Below, in pieces: positions 9,892 to 17,986 of a stretch of 64,000 bases of DNA; the first letter of the stretch is position 1, and each line of letters begins with the position of its first letter. The position numbers and the translations under genes were made by a program. Source of the stretch: Candidatus Uhrbacteria bacterium (GTDB taxonomy: Bacteria; Patescibacteriota; Patescibacteriia; JACQRZ01). The notes beneath the pieces are model-generated. The model did not search any database and was not told the DNA's origin. It saw nothing but the letters and a program-made list of their open reading frames with translations. The stretch lies in contig JACQSC010000002.1 of assembly GCA_016206155.1 (NCBI GenBank), positions 143,473-207,472 on the forward strand. Direction: 5' to 3'.

Positions 9892-12800
9892 ATGTCATTC
9901 CGCTCAAAGCGAGGAATCCCTCGTTTCACCATATTACGAATAACGCCAAAGACCACGTTTGGTTTCCTGGCGTTGTTTTTTATTGGTATTGTCATCCTAT
10001 CTTTTTTTGTTATCGGCACGGCTGCGTCCGCGGCATCGTTTTGTTTTAATAGCAAAACTCCACAAGAGCAATGTTACCCCAACCTTAAATTCATTGGTAC
10101 GGTCGGGACACGACCGGTAAAGAACACGTATCTCAAAAAGCTAGAGCCGCCAAAAAGTGATTATTGGGGGGACACACAAAGGCATTGGCCAACCTCAAAC
10201 CTTGGGGACGCAACTAAAGATCGTTACTGCAATAACAGTAAATGGGGCGGGGGAACTACAAATCAAACGTGCATTTCCCGCGCCGGCTTGGAAACTGCAA
10301 TGCCGCGACTCGAGATTGTCAATCGTGGGGCAGATAGCTCCTTGGAAAATTTTCCGATGACCCTGCGCGTCCGAGGCCAGACGAAGAAGTACTGGTATTT
10401 TCCCGCCTATTACAGTATTCTTCCTTTTAAAAACCCATATACAGGTGAAGATAAGATATACCAGTATGATGTTCGCCCCGATCTCAGCTATAATTTTAAA
10501 GACCTGAAAGGACGCAAATGTCCCTGCGCTCCAGCGACACCACCAATACTTGATGATCAATGGGGACAAGGAGATGGTTATTATACTTACCACGGCGCTC
10601 CCTTTTTTAAAGAGGAAAAAAACGGTTTCCGGAAGTGCAATTTTTTGTCAGACAAACGCGACTACTATCCTGTAGATGTGTCCGGATGGAGTCACCGCAC
10701 ATGGGAGGAGACAGAAGATCCAAACGATTGTTATTTTGAAATTGCGAGTTCATCAAACGTACCCGGTGCAAATAAAAAATTTTATTATCGTGTCAAAAAA
10801 ATTCCCGTTATTCATCTTGAAGAAATTTTCCATAATGATACGAACGCTTTTCGTAATTATGAATATTCGGTAAAACAAGAGTCAGTGGCACGAAACGAGT
10901 ATGAAAGAGTAAAGACCGAAGAAATTGAAACGCCAAAACTGATAAACAAATGGCGTATTTATTATCGATATGACTATGGAAAGGAACGGATAGATTTAGA
11001 AACAGATAATTTTGGGAAGATCGTCGCGGCACGTTATGGCAATCAAACACCTGCTGAATGCCCTTGTTCTAAAAACGGAAAAATATGTATTGTTGGAGAT
11101 GTAGTTCCATGGGATGTCTATTCTTGTTATGAAAAATATAAAGATTGGAATAAACCATGGTCACAGTTAGCGGAAGAAGATAAAAGAAAAGATCGTAGAG
11201 TGCAATCAGCAAGGAAGAGCTACTTTAAAGCCTTCGGAGAATTGCAGAAAGATTCTGGAGAATTGTTAGAACAAAATAGAGTCGCAAATATCGCGAGAGA
11301 GAAGGGGGAATACTATCCATACAAAGTATATGAACCAGGGGTCGATCCGCCAGTAAATTCCTTTGATTTTATATCCACGTATGATGGTCAATTGCTACCA
11401 ACGGCAAAACAAGCATATAAGGTAAAAAATGAACAGGAGATCTGGAATAGAAATGCGTTGAACTTTGGCTACGGTGCCATAGTAGACTTAAGGTATACGC
11501 CTACGAATTGCAATATTAACGGCCATTTCGATAACATCGAAATTGGTTGGGACAATAAAGGCAGATATACGGATTATACGCTCACGATGCACGGAAATCC
11601 CAGAAATAAGATTAGTGATATAAAGAAGAGTGCAGAAGCTAGACGTATTCAGGCAGTCGCGGTCCCGACGCAGTTAAGTCTTAGTGGCGCAGAATGTAGA
11701 CTGCAAATGACCCCTCATCTTTTTGACTTTCCTGTGACATACTATTTTTCAACAGGGGACGTGGACATGCCACCGATAAGGATTCAATCATTTAAGGTTT
11801 CCGTCGAAGGAAAAACATCCAATCCGTTAGGGGAATGCAGCGCAGACAATTACACAAAATGTCTCCCGAAAGAAAAACTGCCAAGCGGCATGGAAAGTAG
11901 TGAGGCGTTTTTTACCGATGGTCGTACTCCTTTACGTTCGAAAAGAAGCGCACCAGCCAATACAACACTTGAGATTGAAACAAAAGAGAAAGAAACATTT
12001 GCCAATGTAAACTGGAATGTCACCGGAATGGATGATGTAAATGGAATTGTGGTTACGGTGGTGAAACATACACAAGACATAAATCATAGAGTTTACGATA
12101 TCGCCAACGTTGTTCAGGGGGGGACAGGAAGTTATACATCTCAACTTAAACCTGGAGACTGTAAAACAGAAAATAATAAACAAACATGTTCATGGAATAC
12201 CTATTCATTTTTTCTTACTGCGGTCAACGACCGCGCAGTAACAGATTCCGATAGATTAAAATATAATGAAGATAACATACAATACGTTTGGGCCGCTTCG
12301 CAAAAGATTGATGTAAAAGTAAAAAAAGAGGAATTGGCTATTCCTAAGTTTAGCGTTAAGAAATCCACTGGGAAGAAAGATTCCGCGGACTTAGAATGGA
12401 AAACAACAGGCGCGGAATTTATTAGGATAGAGATGCAGTATTCGTGGGGCAGGAAGAAGTCATATCCTCAGGGTGATAAGTGGGAAGACGGAACATGGAG
12501 CAAAGATACGAACGGCTCTGTGACGATTAATGGCATCGATACAAGAGATACGGTGTTTACCCTGTTCGCCCAAGACAACGAGGGCAATACCATCACATCA
12601 AACACAGAAAAGCTTGGTGATCCAAAGGAAGTGAACATCATCGATGTTGTTATTAATGGTCTGGGACTTCGAAATAGGCTTCTGAATAGATCACTCTATG
12701 AAATTATTACTGATTCTGATTGTCCCGACATTCCCATTGTCGGAGATATTTGTAGAGCGTTATCATTCAACAATATTTGGAGAACAGTTGGAGGTCTTGT

Positions 12801-14223
12801 AACAAAGGTTATCCCAGGTCTTGGTGATTTAGTGGGAATGTTCCTTAATTTCTTGAAGGAACCGGTGGTCGCAATTTTTGGGGTTATTATGGAGATTGTT
12901 GACAATTTTGTGATTCAAAAGAATACCGTGAAGGGTGCGGCAGAAAGCATCAATGAATTCATTGGCGGCTTCTTGAGAGAGTTTATTCCAAATTTTATCG
13001 CTGGCGCCGCCGAAGGGGTATTTAATAAGTTGATGGGTGATTGTGTTGGTTCAAAAATGGGTGGATGGATCAACATTGGAGTGCAAGCGCTGTATTCAGG
13101 AGTTGGGGGATTATTGCAGTTGATTGGAAAAATTCCGCTTCTTGGTGGTGTGGGTAAGATTGGTGAAAGTATGACGTCAGCATGTCCTGTCGAAAACTCC
13201 GGATGTACGATTGGGATTTGCGCGGGACAAGACACAGGTAAAGAAATAGGAAAAACCGTGCTTGAGGATGTTATCTCCGGGCTCCTTCCGTTTGTGCCTG
13301 TTACAGGAGCGCTTGATAGCGCCAAGAAGTTTATCGAACCTATGGCGACAACAATTTTCCCTGAGTGTAAAAATACCGTTCCCAAAGAACGTCAAGATAC
13401 AGATGCGTACGCCTGTATAAGTGGTTCTTGTCAGAAAGCTGAGAGAAAAGTTGAAATTTGCGGACTTGAAGGTGGAGGTGGTGGAGCGTATCCAAACAAG
13501 GCAGCCTGTCTAGCGTCGTGTGGCATACCACCGGTTACGACAGAAGTGAAGTATTATTATAAATGCAACGATCCAAGCACGCTTACATGTGATAAACAGG
13601 AAGAGAAAACAGAGTATGAGGGAGACGCTGGACTGTATGCATGTAATTTGACATGTAAGGAAAAGAAATTTGATGAGCCGACTAAAGACTATTTTAAATG
13701 CATAAATAAGAACGAAGGTCAATGTAGAAAAGTGGAAGAAAGTACCACTTATGTGGGTCTTATAGGAAAAGCAGCGTGTGACATTACGTGTAAGAAAACA
13801 GGAGTTGGTTGTGGATGTCCTAAACATCCCGAGTATCTTACCACATCTGAAATTGGCAAGAATCCTTTAAATAGAAAGAGAGCGATTGCAAATGTTTTGA
13901 TGACAACCGTCTACGTTTCGACCGGTGGTGTATTTTGTGTACGACGGGATGCCGCATATAATTGCGCGGAAATACTAGATAAGGCAGGCAAAGCTGACGA
14001 CCTTATAAAACTGGGGCGAGACAATAATTGGGATGTGTCCCAGAAGAAAGAAAGCATTGATCGTAGTGTATTTACCGGACTGTACGAAAAAGCAAAGCTA
14101 GTTCCTGGATGCGCTGCCTTTATAGCTATTGATAGCATTAAAAATTTTAAATTGCCTCTTTGCGAACAGGAAATAACTAATGCACGGTGCGAGGCAATTA
14201 CCTCTGAAGATGACTGCAGATAG
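9892..14223 (+). CDS. giant secreted or membrane-anchored cysteine-rich protein (1443 aa) with a glycine-zipper hydrophobic segment and three tandem about 40-aa Cys-rich repeats
   Basis: N-terminal TM/signal segment (FGFLALFFIGIVILSFFVIGTAASAASF). About 70 Cys in total. Residues around 930-1110 are Gly/Ala/Ile-rich with GxxxG runs (GVGGLLQLIGKIPLLGGVGKIG). Three 'K-Y-[YF]-K-C...C...E-x-T-x-Y-x-G...A-C...C' repeats sit near the C-terminus. Confidence 0.8.
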   Translation: MSFRSKRGIPRFTILRITPKTTFGFLALFFIGIVILSFFVIGTAASAASFCFNSKTPQEQCYPNLKFIGTVGTRPVKNTYLKKLEPPKSDYWGDTQRHWPTSNLGDATKDRYCNNSKWGGGTTNQTCISRAGLETAMPRLEIVNRGADSSLENFPMTLRVRGQTKKYWYFPAYYSILPFKNPYTGEDKIYQYDVRPDLSYNFKDLKGRKCPCAPATPPILDDQWGQGDGYYTYHGAPFFKEEKNGFRKCNFLSDKRDYYPVDVSGWSHRTWEETEDPNDCYFEIASSSNVPGANKKFYYRVKKIPVIHLEEIFHNDTNAFRNYEYSVKQESVARNEYERVKTEEIETPKLINKWRIYYRYDYGKERIDLETDNFGKIVAARYGNQTPAECPCSKNGKICIVGDVVPWDVYSCYEKYKDWNKPWSQLAEEDKRKDRRVQSARKSYFKAFGELQKDSGELLEQNRVANIAREKGEYYPYKVYEPGVDPPVNSFDFISTYDGQLLPTAKQAYKVKNEQEIWNRNALNFGYGAIVDLRYTPTNCNINGHFDNIEIGWDNKGRYTDYTLTMHGNPRNKISDIKKSAEARRIQAVAVPTQLSLSGAECRLQMTPHLFDFPVTYYFSTGDVDMPPIRIQSFKVSVEGKTSNPLGECSADNYTKCLPKEKLPSGMESSEAFFTDGRTPLRSKRSAPANTTLEIETKEKETFANVNWNVTGMDDVNGIVVTVVKHTQDINHRVYDIANVVQGGTGSYTSQLKPGDCKTENNKQTCSWNTYSFFLTAVNDRAVTDSDRLKYNEDNIQYVWAASQKIDVKVKKEELAIPKFSVKKSTGKKDSADLEWKTTGAEFIRIEMQYSWGRKKSYPQGDKWEDGTWSKDTNGSVTINGIDTRDTVFTLFAQDNEGNTITSNTEKLGDPKEVNIIDVVINGLGLRNRLLNRSLYEIITDSDCPDIPIVGDICRALSFNNIWRTVGGLVTKVIPGLGDLVGMFLNFLKEPVVAIFGVIMEIVDNFVIQKNTVKGAAESINEFIGGFLREFIPNFIAGAAEGVFNKLMGDCVGSKMGGWINIGVQALYSGVGGLLQLIGKIPLLGGVGKIGESMTSACPVENSGCTIGICAGQDTGKEIGKTVLEDVISGLLPFVPVTGALDSAKKFIEPMATTIFPECKNTVPKERQDTDAYACISGSCQKAERKVEICGLEGGGGGAYPNKAACLASCGIPPVTTEVKYYYKCNDPSTLTCDKQEEKTEYEGDAGLYACNLTCKEKKFDEPTKDYFKCINKNEGQCRKVEESTTYVGLIGKAACDITCKKTGVGCGCPKHPEYLTTSEIGKNPLNRKRAIANVLMTTVYVSTGGVFCVRRDAAYNCAEILDKAGKADDLIKLGRDNNWDVSQKKESIDRSVFTGLYEKAKLVPGCAAFIAIDSIKNFKLPLCEQEITNARCEAITSEDDCR

Positions 14224-14240
14224 ACAGAAAGGTTTTTATT

Positions 14241-15392
14241 ATGTTAAACGAACGCGCACATAAAGAGTTGCTACCGGCAGAGCGGTATGAAAAATTTATC
14301 CTCCCCCTTGCGTTTGTATGCGGTATGTCTCTGCCTCCTGAAGCTCGCGCTGCAGAGCCGCACGCACGCGAATCGTTGCAGCCGCTTACCGCAGAACAGC
14401 TTAAAGAAGTCCGTGAATTAGAAAAAACATCTCCGCTTGCAAAAGCAATTGATGCTGTGCCCGATTCCTTAATGAGAGAAGAAGGATATGATGGGGATAT
14501 TTTGTCACGCAAAGAGCGGGCGAAGTCCCAAATCCCGATCTTGTACGATGTAAGATGGAAGGTTGGTCCGGGTGAAAAGCCGTTGTCACAACGATATCCG
14601 CTTATTAATGTAGAGATATTTACTAACGGCGCTTTTATCTATTTCAATATTCCTGATGATGCGCGATTGCACAAGTTGGGCATCACGCGAGAGGAGATGG
14701 AAGTTGTTGCATCAGAAATTAAAGAGTCAACAACGATCCTGACCGATATGCCCGCGCACCGAGTTAGTCAGCCGAAAGATTCTAACCTTATTGTTTTTTT
14801 TAGTGACAATCCTCAAGAATCCTCAAGCATTAGAGACGGAAGGGCTGTTGGTCATACTCTGTATACAGTAGGTGTGCCAATCTCGTTTTTTCCATTGGGA
14901 ACTGTATACCCAATAGAATTTATTGAGCCTGGCAGTAATGGAGGTGTTTATATTCCACTGGAATCTTATAATGATAAAATTGAAAAAATGTTATCAGGTA
15001 AGAATCTTCATGAAAAAACTCGTGAATTAATATATGATATTACGCGGCACGCATACTTCAAGGAGTTGATTTATACAGCAGAGCATGAAATATGCCATTT
15101 TCTCGGTTACGGTCATAGCAACAATAAGAAGCATATTACTTATGGCGGGCCGGGCGTGGTGAGCTCGGGTACCGTCGTATCTCTCGGAAAAAGATCTGGA
15201 AAAAAACCAGTAATTCCCGAAGGCGCTTCTCTATATACTGATAAAATGGGAAATGATTATTATTTTTTATCTGCATGGGGTGACATTCGAAAATCTCCAG
15301 TCGTTGATCTGAATTTTTTTCTACGGATATTTGCGAAACAGAATAAGGAGCGAAAACTTATGGAAGAGCGCAATCAGCAGCATATGGAGTAA
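14241..15392 (+). CDS. putative zinc metallopeptidase with metzincin-type HEICHFLGYGH motif (383 aa)
   Basis: Matches the HExxHxxGxxH consensus exactly. RBS gaaagg lies 8 nt upstream. The gene starts 18 nt after the giant gene. The N-terminal region is hydrophobic. Confidence 0.6.
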   Translation: MLNERAHKELLPAERYEKFILPLAFVCGMSLPPEARAAEPHARESLQPLTAEQLKEVRELEKTSPLAKAIDAVPDSLMREEGYDGDILSRKERAKSQIPILYDVRWKVGPGEKPLSQRYPLINVEIFTNGAFIYFNIPDDARLHKLGITREEMEVVASEIKESTTILTDMPAHRVSQPKDSNLIVFFSDNPQESSSIRDGRAVGHTLYTVGVPISFFPLGTVYPIEFIEPGSNGGVYIPLESYNDKIEKMLSGKNLHEKTRELIYDITRHAYFKELIYTAEHEICHFLGYGHSNNKKHITYGGPGVVSSGTVVSLGKRSGKKPVIPEGASLYTDKMGNDYYFLSAWGDIRKSPVVDLNFFLRIFAKQNKERKLMEERNQQHME

Positions 15393-15697
15393 TAACGCAC
15401 GAGAAAAAGGATGCGGGAAAGCTGTGCAAAAAACGGTGTCAGGAATGGTTTATTGCAAAAACTCCTACTTATAGGCATAGATAGGAGCATGGGTAGGGGG
15501 ATAGGAATCATTTTATGTGTGGTATGATTTTCGTATGCTTCGACCACACAGAACAGATGTCGGAGATGTCGTGTATCACTTATCAATCTTGCGAACGCTC
15601 GATTGGGCAAAAACGTGACCATGGGCCGTTTTTGAAATCAAATGTCTTGACAACGATACCGTATACCTGTATTGTATAGTTACATACAATTATCACT

Positions 15698-16021
15698 ATG
15701 AAGCTTGGATTTAGCGCTATATCAATTGAGGGGTTTGATTGGGATACGGGGAACAGTGAAAAGAATTGGATAAAGCATCACGTCAGAAAGAATGAATGCG
15801 AGGAGGTTTTTTTCAATAAGCCGTTAAGAATTTTTGATGATCAGGTATATTCCAAGACTGAGAAACGTTTTGGGGCCCTCGGAAGAACGGATAGAGGAAG
15901 ACGGCTCACTATTATATTCACTATACGAAAAAAAATGATTCGGGTCATTTCTGCACGAGAACAAGGTCGGCACGATCGAAAAATTTATGAAGCAGTCGAG
16001 CAAAACTATTACCAATCATAA
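15698..16021 (+). CDS. brnT: BrnT-family (DUF497) toxin
   Basis: FDWDTGNSEKNWIKHHV...EVFF...RTDRGRRLTIIFTIRKKMIRVISAREQGRHDRKIY matches the BrnT pattern (FEWD..K...N..KHGV, R.ISAR). It lies immediately upstream of a small RHH gene. Confidence 0.7.
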   Translation: MKLGFSAISIEGFDWDTGNSEKNWIKHHVRKNECEEVFFNKPLRIFDDQVYSKTEKRFGALGRTDRGRRLTIIFTIRKKMIRVISAREQGRHDRKIYEAVEQNYYQS

Positions 16022-16036
16022 TCAGGACGCACCTTT

Positions 16037-16327
16037 ATGAAAGAAGGGACAAGGAGAAAAATCAAAATGCTTCCATCGTTCCGCAGTGAGGATGAGGAGC
16101 GGGAGTATTGGGATAGCCATGAATTGAGCGATGTGTTCGACGTAACACATGGCACTGATATGACATTTCCCAACCTCAGGCCATCAACGAAAAACATTAC
16201 GATCCGCGTGCCCGAATCCATGCTTTTTGCCCTGAAGGGTATTGCACGAAAAAAAGATGTGCCATATCAGTCACTTGCAAAAGTGTATCTTGACGAAAAA
16301 ATTCATGAGGAGTATTTCGTGAAATGA
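16037..16327 (+). CDS. brnA: BrnA-family antitoxin (ribbon-helix-helix)
   Basis: PNLRPSTKNITIRVPESMLFALKGIARKKDVPYQSLAKVYLDEKI matches the BrnA consensus (FPNLKPSTK.ISIRLP...DVPYQSLIK). Alternative start at M11 (16067). Confidence 0.65.
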   Translation: MKEGTRRKIKMLPSFRSEDEEREYWDSHELSDVFDVTHGTDMTFPNLRPSTKNITIRVPESMLFALKGIARKKDVPYQSLAKVYLDEKIHEEYFVK

Positions 16328-16513
16328 AATAACTTCGCTTAGTGTCACGGAAAATTGGGGAAAATTGGTGTCAGAAAATTGGTGTCAAGTCCGCATTTTC
16401 GCATTTGGAAAATGGATTCACTACGACAAGTTAAACCATATACTTTCCAGCCGCTTTTTACCGCGTCGAAGTAACGTTTTCTGCCCGCCACTTTTATCAT
16501 GAGGCAAAAAAGG

Positions 16514-16541
16514 TTGACACAATTTTTAACCATGGTAGAAT
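16514..16541 (+). promoter_or_regulatory. sigma70-like promoter (TTGACA-16 nt-TAGAAT) for the ATPase gene
   Basis: Sequence ttgacacaatttttaaccatggtagaat. The same element is present in the decayed copy at about 22266. Confidence 0.5.
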
Positions 16542-16569
16542 ATTGTAGTAATACATTTTTTGTCAACTT

Positions 16570-17751
16570 ATGCGTATTGACCGCTATATTCATGACGTCA
16601 TCCTTGCGGATCTTCATGAGCCAACCATGGTGTTTCTTGCAGGTCCCCGACAAGTCGGCAAGACGACACTCGCGCACATTCTCGGAGAGAAAGACTTCAC
16701 TGCTTATCAGTATTTGAACTGGGATGACAGCGACGACCAGAAGCGTATTCTCGCCCGTGATTTTGAAGCTGATGCGCGCTTACTTGTCTTTGATGAACTG
16801 CATAAATACCGCAACTGGAAAAATTATCTTAAGGGACTATACGATAAACAAAAAACTCGATTCGCCATCATCGCAACAGGCAGTGCGCGTCTTGATATGT
16901 ATCGTCGCGGCGGCGATTCGTTGATGGGGCGTTATCATCATCTTCGGCTTCATCCGTTTTCACTTGCGGAACTTGTTGGGCAGAGGTTTTCCAGCAGTCC
17001 ATTTTCAGAGCTGATGTTTCCCGTTGAAACGAGTACCATTGCCCAAGCGGCGCGCGACCTGCTCCGCTTTGGAGGTTTCCCAAAGCCATTTTTGCAAAAG
17101 AGCGATACTGCGTTGAGACGTTTTCACAACGAGCGCTTTGATCGCTTAATCAAAGAAGATATTCGTGATACCGAACGGGTGCACGACCTTTCGTTACTCC
17201 AAGAGCTCGCTGCGCTTCTTCCGGAACGGGCAAGCTGCCGCCTCTCATTAAACAATCTGCGAGAGGATCTTGGAGTTGCGCATAAGACCGTGAGCCATTG
17301 GATGGATGTGTTTGAGAGATTTTACTATCATTTTCGTATTACGCCATTCGCGATCAAAACAGCCGCCTCGCTTCGCAAGGAACCAAAACTCTATTTATGG
17401 GACTGGTCGGTGGTGGAGGATGCTGGAAATCGTTTTGAGAATATGATCGCGTCACATCTTCTTAAGTTTGTTCATTTTTTATGCGACACGCAAGGATACA
17501 AAGCGATGGTGCACTATATGCGGGATCGTGATGGACGCGAAGTTGATTTTTTGATAACGATTAATCAGAAGCCATGGTTTGCTGTTGAGGTAAAATATTC
17601 AGACACCACTATCTCGCCACATCTTTCCTATTATATGCAACGCGCTCGGATTCCATTCGGATATCAGGTTGTCGCAACGCCAGGGATTCATCGAATAAGA
17701 GATTCAATTCATGTGATAAGCGCCAGTCGTTTTCTTGCGGGGCTTGTGTAA
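16570..17751 (+). CDS. COG1373-type ATPase (AAA domain plus DUF4143-like C-terminal domain)
   Basis: Walker A GPRQVGKTT and Walker B LLVFDELH. Overall architecture of the widespread 'ATPase, AAA_14/DUF4143' family. Has its own promoter and terminator. Confidence 0.8.
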   Translation: MRIDRYIHDVILADLHEPTMVFLAGPRQVGKTTLAHILGEKDFTAYQYLNWDDSDDQKRILARDFEADARLLVFDELHKYRNWKNYLKGLYDKQKTRFAIIATGSARLDMYRRGGDSLMGRYHHLRLHPFSLAELVGQRFSSSPFSELMFPVETSTIAQAARDLLRFGGFPKPFLQKSDTALRRFHNERFDRLIKEDIRDTERVHDLSLLQELAALLPERASCRLSLNNLREDLGVAHKTVSHWMDVFERFYYHFRITPFAIKTAASLRKEPKLYLWDWSVVEDAGNRFENMIASHLLKFVHFLCDTQGYKAMVHYMRDRDGREVDFLITINQKPWFAVEVKYSDTTISPHLSYYMQRARIPFGYQVVATPGIHRIRDSIHVISASRFLAGLV

Positions 17752-17772
17752 GGAGGGAAAACGGTGAAGGAG

Positions 17773-17796
17773 AAACGGTGACTGTCACCGTTTTTA
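17773..17796 (+). terminator. rho-independent terminator (aaacggtgactgtcaccgttttt)
   Basis: Perfect 8-bp stem with loop ctgt followed by a T-run. Lies 22 nt after the ATPase stop. Confidence 0.65.
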
Positions 17797-17986
17797 CACC
17801 GTTTTTACACATTAACGAAGCGGAGAACTAATTCATATCATACACAGAGTTTCTGGGACATAACCGCATATTTTATTTTATCGCGCAAGAGATCTTATGA
17901 AGATCCGTATTTATATTTTCATTCCCATTTTTTTCCTGATTATAGTAAATAGTGTAGAGGCAACAATCTGTATTAACGGTGATTGT
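17797..17986 (+). repeat. 190-bp direct repeat, copy 2
   Basis: See 9649..9838. Here it spans the terminator-proximal spacer, the RBS and the first 30 codons of the PA14 gene. Confidence 0.9.

Noticed and set aside
12915-13385. Antisense ORFs inside large genes (for example 12915..13385-, 23147..23785-, 26337..26993-, 31119..31703-, 32637..33146-, 28852..29517-)
   Set aside because: They are fully nested on the opposite strand of well-supported genes, have no motifs, and show biased composition typical of shadow ORFs.
16345-16677. 110-aa minus-strand ORF overlapping the ATPase promoter and 5' end
   Set aside because: It overlaps a conserved promoter that is duplicated at 22266 and overlaps the ATPase start. 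Likely spurious.
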